A stretch of DNA of 64,000 nucleotides from Acidobacteriota bacterium. Lineage in GTDB: Bacteria > Acidobacteriota > Aminicenantia > JBFLYD01. The translations under genes and the position numbers were made by a program. The notes beneath the pieces are model-generated. The model was not told where the DNA came from. It worked only from the letters and a program-made list of their open reading frames with translations, and searched no databases. Positions 40,404 to 49,157 of the stretch are shown here, one piece after another. The first letter of the stretch is position 1. Each line of letters opens with the position of its first letter. Where the stretch lies: positions 2,718-66,717 of the forward strand of contig JBFLYD010000044.1 in NCBI GenBank assembly GCA_040756905.1, given 5' to 3'.

Positions 40404-41268
40404 TTTTTAATTTTGAAAGGTCTACCTCACCATTCTTTCTTTTCTCGGCAATTCTTAAAAATCCAAGTTCTCTATAAGTTTTTCCGAAGAGTGTAGCTCC
40501 ATAGGAATCAACTGCAACATAATCCCTGCCTGCTATGATTGTCTTCTTTATCTGGACATCAGAAAGGCTCCCACCAGTTGGACCATTTCTTACCATAATT
40601 CTCCAGGCATCGATAACTGAAAGGCTGGGCTTAAAGAAATCTGCAAGGTCATTAACTACTCCATCAATCTGTTGATGGAGTCTATTCCTCTCGCCACCGA
40701 TAGCTCCGAGCCAGTTTTTCATTCCGAGCGTGAGAACAGCTAAGCTGTGATGTTTTGCTACAGGGACATTAATGATTTTATCTACTTCAACAAAATTTAC
40801 GAGAACATCCCATTCTTTCAAATATTCTCCATTAATTGAGACTCTTTTTATTCTTCTCAAATTTGGAAGAGGAACCTCAGCTCCTGCTTCTTTTGCTGCT
40901 TTCTCAATCCCTGACCTTATGTATGTTTTCTTTGCGTTATCGCACGGATTGTCAAGAACCATGACTTTTCTTGCTCCTGCTTCATATGCCATTTCAACCA
41001 ATGCTTTTACAACCTCTGGATTTGTGTTTGCTCCCTGTTCAGGAATTCTATCCCATCCGATGTTTGGTTTTACTATTACCTTATCTCCTCGAGATATAAA
41101 TTTCTTCATCCCCCCTATCTTTTCTATTGCTTTTTTTGTTCCTATATAAGGAGATTCTGATTGTACCACTGCCAAGTCAGGCAAAGTTTGAGAATGAATA
41201 ATTTCGGGGAAAAATTTTAGAACAACCCCACCAGCAATAATAGAGTTTAAAAATTTTCTCCTTTCCAT
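40384..41268 (-). CDS. Tat-exported DUF362-family protein
   Basis: 294 aa with the twin-arginine leader MERRKFLNSIIAGGVV. The body resembles DUF362 (IKPNIGW...NP.VV.A, KHHS). It overlaps the polyferredoxin start by 20 nt. Confidence 0.65.
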   Translation of the reverse strand: MERRKFLNSIIAGGVVLKFFPEIIHSQTLPDLAVVQSESPYIGTKKAIEKIGGMKKFISRGDKVIVKPNIGWDRIPEQGANTNPEVVKALVEMAYEAGARKVMVLDNPCDNAKKTYIRSGIEKAAKEAGAEVPLPNLRRIKRVSINGEYLKEWDVLVNFVEVDKIINVPVAKHHSLAVLTLGMKNWLGAIGGERNRLHQQIDGVVNDLADFFKPSLSVIDAWRIMVRNGPTGGSLSDVQIKKTIIAGRDYVAVDSYGATLFGKTYRELGFLRIAEKRKNGEVDLSKLKIEKSKI

Positions 41269-41271
41269 TTT

Positions 41272-42429
41272 TTAAACCTTTCCGAGGGATTTTAAATATT
41301 CTAATATGCCGTTATAGATTCCTGAAGCTATTTTTTCTCTTTCAGAAGGCTTTCTTAGAAGGGCTGCATCTCTTGCATTACTTAAATAAGCAACTTCAAC
41401 GAGAATTGAAGGCATTTCAGCTCCAATCAACACATAGAATGGAGCCTGTTTTAATCCTTTTGGAACAGGAAATGCGTTATTCTCCATACTTTTATGTATC
41501 ATTTTTGCTAATCCCTGAGATTCGCTCAGTTTACTGTTAAGGATGATTTTTTTCAGGATGTTTTCCAGTTCTCCTATGGATTTTGTTGAAACTGCATTTT
41601 CTCTCGCAGCCACATCTATGGCATCAGGGTCAGTTGTAAAATTTAATGTGTAAATTTCAAACCCATTTCTATTTTTATTTCTTGAGGAATTAGCATGGAT
41701 TGAAATAAATAAATCCGCCTTTTCTGAGTTTGCTTTTGCAGTTCTTTCCTCCAGCGGAATGAAATTATCTTTGTTTCTTGTGATTATTACATCAATGTCA
41801 AGATTTTTTTCGATTAATTTTTTGATTTTTAGTGCTATATCAAGGACAATCTCTTTTTCTTTCAATCCAAATAAGCCAATAGCACCAGGGTCGTGTCCAC
41901 CATGCCCTGGATCGATAACTATTTTTTTAACTCCTAAGCCAAGCTGTCTTGCCATGGAATACTCTTTTTTTTCTGTAGGAGAAGGGATGGAAGGAATTGA
42001 TGGCCTTGTAAATTCTTCTCCAAATATGTCGATAATGATTCGAAATGGATTTTGAAGAGAAAAGATATTATATTTCTGGATTTCTTTGAATTCTAATACA
42101 ACTCTTACTATGTTTCTTCTAAATTGGGCTATTCTTATTTCCTTAAGATAACCTTTGTTTATTATGAACCTATCTGGTATATTTGCCAATCTGGAATTCA
42201 GGATATCAAAATAAATTCTTGTTCTACCTTTTTCAATGAGTTTCTGTTCATTGAATTTTACTGGCTTATTCACATCCACGACCACTCTTGTGTAGTCCTC
42301 ACTTGAAAAATATCTTATGTTGTGAACGATTGCGATATCTTTTAAAGAATAAACTGGAAAAGTAGACAACAAAAAAAATAAGATTAATGTTGGGTAAGTT
42401 AAATACCTTTTATAATTTTTTTGAGACAT
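41272..42429 (-). CDS. N-acetylmuramoyl-L-alanine amidase with N-terminal AMIN domain
   Basis: 385 aa with a signal peptide, an AMIN-like domain (YTRVVVDV...IRIAQF) and an Amidase_3 core (VIDPGHGGHDPGA...SIHAN). Confidence 0.85.
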   Translation of the reverse strand: MSQKNYKRYLTYPTLILFFLLSTFPVYSLKDIAIVHNIRYFSSEDYTRVVVDVNKPVKFNEQKLIEKGRTRIYFDILNSRLANIPDRFIINKGYLKEIRIAQFRRNIVRVVLEFKEIQKYNIFSLQNPFRIIIDIFGEEFTRPSIPSIPSPTEKKEYSMARQLGLGVKKIVIDPGHGGHDPGAIGLFGLKEKEIVLDIALKIKKLIEKNLDIDVIITRNKDNFIPLEERTAKANSEKADLFISIHANSSRNKNRNGFEIYTLNFTTDPDAIDVAARENAVSTKSIGELENILKKIILNSKLSESQGLAKMIHKSMENNAFPVPKGLKQAPFYVLIGAEMPSILVEVAYLSNARDAALLRKPSEREKIASGIYNGILEYLKSLGKV

Positions 42430-42480
42430 GAACTTAAGGAGTTTAATATAACAAAAAAATTGTCAAATGAGAATAATTTT

Positions 42481-42612
42481 ATTCGTGACGGTTTTCAGGA
42501 ACCTTCGGTTTCTCCGCCACCCTTCCTGCTCACTCTTATGTATTTATTATTGTAGCTTACTTTTTAATTAAATAATCGTCGATATATCGCTCAGAAGATG
42601 GTTGCCCTCTTA
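42481..42612. repeat. Family B copy 3 (mosaic fragment, opposite orientation)
   Basis: ATTCGTGACGGTTTTC (42481-42496) is the reverse complement of 32795-32810. CCGCCACCCTTCCTGCTC resembles the reverse complement of 32776-32792. TCGCTCAGAAGATGGTTGCCCTCT (42587-42610) resembles the reverse complement of 10810-10833. Confidence 0.7.
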
Positions 42613-42618
42613 ATTTAA

Positions 42619-42990
42619 TTACAATTTATTTTTGTGAAAATAGGATAAAGCACTTAAAAATATAATGGATCCGAATAGATTAAATACTATATCTTTAATT
42701 GAGGCTTCACGGCCTGGAACAAAACTTTGAATGATTTCATTAAGAATTCCAAATAAAAATGAAATAAAAATTGTCACAGCAGCGTTTCTTTTCAGACTTT
42801 CCTTAGGATTTCTTGAGATAGAAAGAAATAAAAGGACTCCCAAAATCCCGTATTCAATGAAATGAAGAAGATAATCAGGGAAGTATCTTGTTATATCAAG
42901 CGGAGCCTTTGTTTTTGTAGAAGAATAAATAATTAAAGAAGCATAAAGAGCAGTTATAAGTCTTATGTATATTAATTTTGATTGGAACAT
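42619..42990 (-). CDS. VanZ-like membrane protein
   Basis: 123 aa with 4 TM helices. It shows the VanZ-like pattern H..EYGILG...NEIIQSFVPGR..S..D. Confidence 0.65.
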   Translation of the reverse strand: MFQSKLIYIRLITALYASLIIYSSTKTKAPLDITRYFPDYLLHFIEYGILGVLLFLSISRNPKESLKRNAAVTIFISFLFGILNEIIQSFVPGREASIKDIVFNLFGSIIFLSALSYFHKNKL

Positions 42991-43166
42991 TAAAAAGGGA
43001 ATGGATACATTATCCAGGCAAAAATTATCCCTCCTAAAATTAAAGAGAGAAAAAGGATTATTCCGAATTTTATTCGTTCTCTTCCTTCTTTTCTAATTAA
43101 AGAAAGAACTATTGAGGTTAGGGCAGCGTATATAATCATTGTAAAAAGATGACTTTTAAGAATCAT
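42990..43166 (-). CDS. Small two-TM membrane protein (58 aa), not in the ORF track
   Basis: My translation reads MILKSHLFTMIIYAALTSIVLSLIRKEGRERIKFGIILFLSLILGGIIFAWIMYPFPF*. Its ATG overlaps the upstream stop (ATGA), and its TAA shares one base with the VanZ ATG (TAATG). Confidence 0.45.
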   Translation of the reverse strand: MILKSHLFTMIIYAALTSIVLSLIRKEGRERIKFGIILFLSLILGGIIFAWIMYPFPF

Positions 43167-43537
43167 TTTTTCTTTCCTTTTGCTATATCATATGCATTCA
43201 ATGCAACAAGGTAATTTAGAAGACCTGAACCAGCTATGTAAGCAGTTCCATAATCGAATGTTACAGCCCTTTGGTTTCCTTCGCCGGTTCCCATTGCGCT
43301 GAAGATTATGTATAAAATTCCGTTCCCTAAATCAGAAAAAAAAGCAAGAAGACCTAACAAATTCTCAACTTTTGATTTAAAAAATTTACCTTCCATTGTG
43401 AGGCCGAGTAAGAACATAGAAACTATACATAAAAAGAAAATAACTGCTCTTACATATTTTTTCTGGATTAAATGCCCCAATCCTGGAACAAGCCATCCTG
43501 AAAAGAAAATAAAATATGCATTCATTATGAAACTCAA
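43163..43537 (-). CDS. Hypothetical polytopic membrane protein
   Basis: 124 aa with 3-4 TM helices and the motif GWLVPGLGHLIQKKY. The real start is probably ATG at 43525, because the TTG at 43537 abuts the predicted -10 box. Confidence 0.5.
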   Translation of the reverse strand: MSFIMNAYFIFFSGWLVPGLGHLIQKKYVRAVIFFLCIVSMFLLGLTMEGKFFKSKVENLLGLLAFFSDLGNGILYIIFSAMGTGEGNQRAVTFDYGTAYIAGSGLLNYLVALNAYDIAKGKKK

Positions 43538-43566
43538 ATATTAAAGCAAATCATCAAATTCGTCAA
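43538..43566 (-). promoter_or_regulatory. Sigma-70-like promoter (TTGACG-17-TAATAT)
   Basis: On the minus strand, TTGACG (43566-43561) and TAATAT (43543-43538) are separated by a 17-nt spacer. Confidence 0.4.
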
Positions 43567-43623
43567 TTCATTTTTCAGAAATATTGCTTTTTTTAATATG
43601 ACTAAATTTAAATTGAGGTAGCA

Positions 43624-45204
43624 TCAACTGTTGAGGATTTTTTCTACTTCTTCTTTGTCTGTATCCATTATATAAGAAATTCCACTTATCTCTGCTGCTT
43701 CCTTTGTTATAGCTGCTATGTCATCTCTTGTTATGTAATTCAGAGAGAATTTTCTGTTTCCTGCCATAAGCTGTTTTAGTCCCTGTTCTATTCTTTTTAA
43801 ATAAGTGTAGAGACCTAATGCTCCAGTCGGGACCTTATCAAAATCCTTTCCCAGTTCTTTTTTAAGTTCAGGAGCAGTTACAAATATTTCTTCTGCAGTT
43901 TCTCCAAATCTTTCTACATAAACTGGAATATCTCCCTCAATGATTCTCTTTCCTATTGTCTTTCCAACCATTGCTGCTGCCAAAGGTCCTCTTGCCATAC
44001 CAACTAATTTAAAATAAGGAGCTCCAAGAGCCAATCCTTTATAAATTTGGTCTTCGAGAATAAATCCTCCAGCAACCCCTAAATCAGGAACATACTCTCC
44101 TTTTTTAGCAAGCTTATCTGCATATGAATAGAGTAATGAATGCAATTCAACAACTGGAACTCCCCATTCGTTCATCATCCTCCATGGGCTCATTCCTGTC
44201 CCGCCACCAGCTCCATCCACGGTTAGAAGGTCAACTTTTGCTTTTGATGCAAATTTTATAGCTCTTGCTAAATCAGAAGGGCGGTATGCTCCTGTCTTAA
44301 GAAATACATATTTTGCTCCTGCTTTTCTCAATTCCTCTACTCTTGAAAGAAATCCCTCTTCAGTAACCATACCAACCCTTGAATGTCTTTCAAATTCTTT
44401 AAAAACCCCCTTGTTAAATGCTTCTATAACTGTTGGGTCTTCAGGGTCAGGGAGAACAACATATCCTCTTTTTTTAAGAAGCTGGGCTTTTTGAAGGTTT
44501 TTTATCTTTACTTCTCCTCCGATATCTTTCGCACCCTGGCCCCATTTTAATTCCACTGCCTCGACCCCAAGTTTCTGAATTACATATTCATGAACTCCAA
44601 GCCGAGTATCCTCAACATTTGCCTGAACAATTATTGCTCCATATCCGTTTTGCTGCCACTCTTTATATAATTTAATTCTCCATGAAAGCTCTGGCGCTTC
44701 TACTACTTTTCCATTCTCAATCTTTGAATTATCATCCATTCCTGTAACGTTTTCGCCAATAGTAAGAGGAATTCCCGCTAATGCTGCTCCTATGGCAAGT
44801 CCTTCCCAGTTGTTTTTGGCCACTGCAGTTGAGCCAAGGCCAGGAATAATTACAGGAAGCTTAACCTTTATTTTTTTATCTTTTCCAATTTTCCTTTCCA
44901 GGTTTACGTTCGGAAAAATTGCTCTATCACTGTCAGCTTCGATTCCATGGGCACCAATAACAGTCCCCAGAATTGTAAAATGAGAGTAATCAACAGGATA
45001 AATTTTTTCTGATGCTGTTGTAATTATACCGAATGGCTGAGGGTATATTACTTCAGGACCTCTGTAAGCTGATTTTCCAATTTCGCACATTCCGATGCAT
45101 CCATCGACACAGGTAACGCACATTCCGCTTATAGATACTATAGAACCTTCTGTTCTATTCTTTGTTAATGTTGCTGCTGTAGCATTAATTCTTGATAATG
45201 ACAT
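43624..45204 (-). CDS. Stand-alone glutamate-synthase-type FMN domain protein (GltB domain 2-like) with N-terminal Cys cluster
   Basis: 526 aa with the FMN-domain signature LTVDGAGGGTGMSP, plus GVAGGF and an N-terminal CVTCVDGCIGMCEIGKS. There is no amidotransferase or GXGXG domain. Confidence 0.85.
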   Translation of the reverse strand: MSLSRINATAATLTKNRTEGSIVSISGMCVTCVDGCIGMCEIGKSAYRGPEVIYPQPFGIITTASEKIYPVDYSHFTILGTVIGAHGIEADSDRAIFPNVNLERKIGKDKKIKVKLPVIIPGLGSTAVAKNNWEGLAIGAALAGIPLTIGENVTGMDDNSKIENGKVVEAPELSWRIKLYKEWQQNGYGAIIVQANVEDTRLGVHEYVIQKLGVEAVELKWGQGAKDIGGEVKIKNLQKAQLLKKRGYVVLPDPEDPTVIEAFNKGVFKEFERHSRVGMVTEEGFLSRVEELRKAGAKYVFLKTGAYRPSDLARAIKFASKAKVDLLTVDGAGGGTGMSPWRMMNEWGVPVVELHSLLYSYADKLAKKGEYVPDLGVAGGFILEDQIYKGLALGAPYFKLVGMARGPLAAAMVGKTIGKRIIEGDIPVYVERFGETAEEIFVTAPELKKELGKDFDKVPTGALGLYTYLKRIEQGLKQLMAGNRKFSLNYITRDDIAAITKEAAEISGISYIMDTDKEEVEKILNS

Positions 45205-45279
45205 TTTTCCTCCTAATTAATTTTCATTTTTAAATTTTTAATAAAATCTATGTATAGAATGTAAGTCCTTTTAAAAAAC

Positions 45280-45975
45280 TCATTTTCTTAACTTTTCAGG
45301 TGTTTCCCTTACACAGGTTCCGCAATCTCCAGTAGGACCCATGAAACACATCAAATCTTCATAATAGTCAGTGCAGGTTGGGGATATAGTTAAACATGAA
45401 CCACAGACATCCTCTTCAAGTTCGGTTCCTAAGCATCTCATCTGACATGCAGGACAGATATACATGCAGGCGCCACATCTTCTGCAAACTTCAGATTTCA
45501 TGTCAAAAGGAGTTGTTATTCTACGATTATACCCTCTCTGAACAAAGCCGATTGCCTTTGCATCCATCTGTTCAGCGCATATTCTTACGCACAGTCCGCA
45601 GAGAGTACAATCATCATTGCGAATCTTAAATCTGACTTTTGTAACTCCAAATTTAGAGGCTAAATCCTGTATTGTTTTTGAAGTGGAACAGATTGAAAGT
45701 AACAATTCAATCATCATTTTTCGTGCTCTAATAACTCTTTTTGAATTAGTTCTTATGTTCAATCCATCTTCAGCTGGGTAAGTGCATGAGGAAACAAGTT
45801 TTGATTTATTGTTTTCTTGAATTTCAACAAGACATAGTCTACATCCACCATAAGGCGTGAGTCCTTCATAATAACATAAGGTAGGAATTTCAATTCCTAA
45901 GAAATTTGCTGCCTCTAAAATTGTTGCTCCTTTATCTACTTCCTGATCAATTCCATCTATTCTAATTAATGGCAT
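45280..45975 (-). CDS. 2Fe-2S / 2x[4Fe-4S] ferredoxin-like subunit (NuoG/HydA N-terminal type, no catalytic domain)
   Basis: 231 aa with the N-terminus IRIDGIDQEVDKGATILEAANFLGIEIPTLCYYEGLTPYGGCRLCLVEI, then CTLCGLCVRIC and CRRCGACMYICPAC. An additional C-terminal Cys-rich tail follows. Confidence 0.8.
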   Translation of the reverse strand: MPLIRIDGIDQEVDKGATILEAANFLGIEIPTLCYYEGLTPYGGCRLCLVEIQENNKSKLVSSCTYPAEDGLNIRTNSKRVIRARKMMIELLLSICSTSKTIQDLASKFGVTKVRFKIRNDDCTLCGLCVRICAEQMDAKAIGFVQRGYNRRITTPFDMKSEVCRRCGACMYICPACQMRCLGTELEEDVCGSCLTISPTCTDYYEDLMCFMGPTGDCGTCVRETPEKLRK

Positions 45976-45984
45976 TTCTCCCTC

Positions 45985-47853
45985 TTACTCAATGTATACG
46001 GCATCAAATTTACATACTTCCATACAGATTCCACATTTTATGCACTTTAATCGGTCAATCTCATGGGCAACCTTTTTCTCTCCAGAGATTGCCTCTTCAG
46101 GGCAGTTTCTTTGGCATACTCCACATCCATGACCTTGCAAAACACAAATATCTTTATCTATGTAATAACGAATCAAAGGTTTACAAACACCCGCAGGACA
46201 TTTTTTATCTATAATATGAGCTTGGTATTCTTCTCTGAAATAACGAAGTGTACTCAGTACAGGATTTGGAGCTGTTTGACCAAGCCCACACATGGAAGCA
46301 TCTTTTACTATCTCTGACAATTCCTCCAATAATTCCAAATCCTCTTCGGTTCCTTTCCCTTCCGTTATTTTATCCAAAATTTCCCACATTCTCTGAGTTC
46401 CTTCTCTACAGGAAAGACATTTTCCGCAAGATTCATCTCGAAGAAAATTCATGAAATATTTAGCAACATCAACCATACATGTATTCTCATCCATTACAAT
46501 CATTCCACCCGAACCCATCATTGAACCTGCTTCGGTTAATTTTTCAAAGTCAATTGGAAGATTGAGCAATTCACTGGGTATGCATCCTCCAGAAGGTCCT
46601 CCTGTTTGGACTGCTTTAAATTTTTTCCCACCTGGAATTCCTCCTCCAATGTCATATATTATTTCTTGTAATGTGATTCCCATTGGAACTTCCACTAACC
46701 CTGTATTATTTATCTTCCCAACTAAGGAAAATATTTTAGTGCCCTTAGAGGTTTCTGTGCCTATTTTGGAATACCAGTTTGAGCCGTTAATTATAATGAA
46801 CGGAACATTTGCCCAGGTTTCAACATTGTTTATATTTGTAGGTTTCCCCCATAATCCCTTTATTGCCGGATACGGAGGTCTTTGTCTCGGCTCTCCTATT
46901 CTTCCTTCAATAGAGGAAATGAGAGCAGTTTCTTCTCCACTTACAAAAGCGCCAGCTCCTCTTACTATTTTTATGTCGAAATTAAAACCCGTTCCCATAA
47001 TACTTTCGCCCAAAAAGCCATATTTTTTAGCCTGAGCAATTGCAAGAGTGGCGTTTTTTACTGCTAAAGGATATTCATGTCTTACATAAATGAATCCTTC
47101 TTTTGCTCCGATTGCATAAGCTCCTATCAACATTCCTTCAATTACACTATGAGGGTTGCCTTCTAAAAGACTTCGGTCCATATAAGCCCCAGGGTCTCCT
47201 TCATCACAATTGCAGATCAGGTATTTGGTATTGCCATTGCTGTTTTTTTTGCAAATCTCCCATTTTTTCCCTGTTAAAAACCCAGCTCCGCCCCTTCCTC
47301 TTAATCCTGACTTCTTAATTTCTTCTATGATTTCATCCTGATTCATCATTTGCAAAGCTTTCTTAAATGCTTCATAACCGTTGATTGCGATGTAGTCTTC
47401 GATCTTAGTTGGATCAATAAATCCGTTGTTTCCAAAAATGATTCTTTTCTGTTTTTGATAGAAGGGAACTTTGTCATCATAGATTATTTTTTCTTTTGTT
47501 AAAGGATCTTCATACAATAAATGCTCTACAATTTCTTTATTTTTAATTGTTTTTGAGAGTATTTCATCTACATCTTCACTTTTAACTCTTTGGTAGAATA
47601 CTCCATCTGGCTGAATTACTAATATTGGACCTCTTTCACAAAATCCATGACATCCAGTGGCTCTTATGTCAACATCAAGATTCATCTCCTTTGCCCTCTC
47701 TTTAAAAGCTTCTGTAACTTTTTCACAGCCATAAGCGTGACAGCCAGTTCCATTGCATATAGTAATAGTCTGTTTGAGTGAATTTCTTTTATTCATTATT
47801 CTTTTTCTTAATTTCTCAAGATCTTCAAAATTTTTTATCTTCCTCATTTTCAA
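45985..47853 (-). CDS. NuoF/HndC-like NADH-binding FMN/FeS subunit
   Basis: 622 aa. It has an N-terminal thioredoxin-like 2Fe-2S domain and a NuoF core (GLRGRGGAGFLTGKKW, CDEGDPGAYMDR, ESCGKCLSCREG). The C-terminus carries 2x 4Fe-4S motifs (CGVCQRNCP, CIKCGICMEVC). Confidence 0.9.
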   Translation of the reverse strand: MKMRKIKNFEDLEKLRKRIMNKRNSLKQTITICNGTGCHAYGCEKVTEAFKERAKEMNLDVDIRATGCHGFCERGPILVIQPDGVFYQRVKSEDVDEILSKTIKNKEIVEHLLYEDPLTKEKIIYDDKVPFYQKQKRIIFGNNGFIDPTKIEDYIAINGYEAFKKALQMMNQDEIIEEIKKSGLRGRGGAGFLTGKKWEICKKNSNGNTKYLICNCDEGDPGAYMDRSLLEGNPHSVIEGMLIGAYAIGAKEGFIYVRHEYPLAVKNATLAIAQAKKYGFLGESIMGTGFNFDIKIVRGAGAFVSGEETALISSIEGRIGEPRQRPPYPAIKGLWGKPTNINNVETWANVPFIIINGSNWYSKIGTETSKGTKIFSLVGKINNTGLVEVPMGITLQEIIYDIGGGIPGGKKFKAVQTGGPSGGCIPSELLNLPIDFEKLTEAGSMMGSGGMIVMDENTCMVDVAKYFMNFLRDESCGKCLSCREGTQRMWEILDKITEGKGTEEDLELLEELSEIVKDASMCGLGQTAPNPVLSTLRYFREEYQAHIIDKKCPAGVCKPLIRYYIDKDICVLQGHGCGVCQRNCPEEAISGEKKVAHEIDRLKCIKCGICMEVCKFDAVYIE

Positions 47854-48314
47854 GCTCCCCTCAATTTTTTAATCAAAGGATTGACCTTCGATTTGGTCAT
47901 CTGTCCATGGTAATCATTGTTTACAATAACAATGGGACCCAATGCACATGCGCCAACACAGTTAACAGATTCAAGAGAGAACATCATATCATTTGCTATT
48001 TCACCTGATTTTATCTGCAGTCTTCTTTCAAATTCCTCTAATACTCCAAGGGCTCCTCGAACGTGACAGGCTGTGCCAAGACACACTGTAACATGATATT
48101 TCCCAATCGGATGAAGTCTGAACCAGCGATAAAATGTAGCAATTTGGTATATATTTATGAGTGGGATTTTGAGTTGGTTTGAAATCTCAATCAAAGCTTC
48201 TTGGGGGAGATATTTATATTGGTCTTGAACATCCTGCAATATCGCAATTAAAAGACTTTTTTCATTTTTATATTTTTTTAGAATCGATTTACATTCTTTT
48301 AAATTAACTTCCAT
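47850..48314 (-). CDS. NuoE/HndA-like 2Fe-2S subunit
   Basis: 154 aa containing CLGTACHVRGA...VNCVGACALGP. It overlaps the nuoF-like start. Confidence 0.9.
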   Translation of the reverse strand: MEVNLKECKSILKKYKNEKSLLIAILQDVQDQYKYLPQEALIEISNQLKIPLINIYQIATFYRWFRLHPIGKYHVTVCLGTACHVRGALGVLEEFERRLQIKSGEIANDMMFSLESVNCVGACALGPIVIVNNDYHGQMTKSKVNPLIKKLRGA

Positions 48315-48414
48315 TATGAGTGCCTCCTAAAAATATTTGTAAAGTTATTAATCCTGAAATATTAAATAAAAAAGATAGTCTTTCTCCTCTTTTTTTATTT
48401 TGATTTGCATTTAA

Positions 48415-48897
48415 TTATCCTTCCCGAGTCCAAATTTTTATAGGAGGAGTTTCTATAGAAGTTACCATTGCTCCATAGCCTTTCCTTTCTATAATCTCTC
48501 TGTCATTAACAATATGAATATCTAAAAAGTGGCCCATTTCTTCGCATCTATCGCCCATGAAATTTTTATAGTGCTCTAACATTTTTTTATCCAATTTTTT
48601 TATGGCTTGCTGGAGTTTTTCTTTTCCATTATTTATATGGATTATCATGTCAATATCTGATGTAAATGATGCTCTGTCCTCTAAAACAGTGCCATAAATA
48701 TAAGCAGCCTTAATACAACTGTTAACAGTATTATTCAAATAGGAAACTATTTGTTTGGCTAAAGCATATCTGAATGAACTATGAGTTTTTTTATCTCCCT
48801 GGTGAAGTGACGTCAGAATCAGATTTCTGCCCTGCTTTGTCTTTTCCACACAGAAACTCAAGGCATTATCAAACATCATTTTTATAGTCATACTCAT
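48415..48897 (-). CDS. Polymerase-beta-fold nucleotidyltransferase-like protein
   Basis: 160 aa with the motif YGTVLEDRASFTSDIDMII (G-S/T ... D.D) and a later LDIHIV. Function unknown. Confidence 0.5.
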   Translation of the reverse strand: MSMTIKMMFDNALSFCVEKTKQGRNLILTSLHQGDKKTHSSFRYALAKQIVSYLNNTVNSCIKAAYIYGTVLEDRASFTSDIDMIIHINNGKEKLQQAIKKLDKKMLEHYKNFMGDRCEEMGHFLDIHIVNDREIIERKGYGAMVTSIETPPIKIWTREG

Positions 48898-49157
48898 TTA
48901 AATAATTTAACGCATGAATCTTTGTTACATCTTACTTGATTTGCTCTCACCTCAATCCTCTTCCCAGAGGGGAGAGGGATGGTAAGGGGCCAGTAATGCA
49001 TCAGAATTAAATGTGTTTGTATTATTAAAAAAGAAAGCCCCCTCAGTGCCTTCCTGATTAAAAGGATCTTTAGCTGCTTAGATGACCTGGAAAACAGCCA
49101 TTGAAAGACGCCTTTTCTTATCAGAGAAATTTTGGCATCAAGGGGGCATATATTCAT
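48894..49157 (-). CDS. Doubtful 87-aa ORF spanning a repeat copy
   Basis: ATGA overlaps occur at both ends (49154-49157 and 48894-48897). The central third is encoded by the family C repeat (48950-49024), which also occurs in non-coding positions. Confidence 0.25.
   Translation of the reverse strand: MNICPLDAKISLIRKGVFQWLFSRSSKQLKILLIRKALRGLSFLIIQTHLILMHYWPLTIPLPSGKRIEVRANQVRCNKDSCVKLFK
48982..49024. repeat. Family C repeat fragment, copy C1
   Basis: AAGGGGCCAGTAATGCATCAGAATTAAATGTGTTTGTATTA is nearly identical to 49593-49635. It is preceded by the hairpin CCTCTTCCC-AGA-GGGGAGAGG. Confidence 0.65.

Noticed and set aside
46451-47035. 194-aa plus-strand ORF (and similar ORFs of 117-162 aa at 20869-21222, 22495-22983 and 24461-24856)
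   Set aside because: All are antisense to strongly conserved genes (nuoF-like, ppdK, clpB). They have Pro/Ser/Ile-rich shadow-frame composition and no SD or promoter context.
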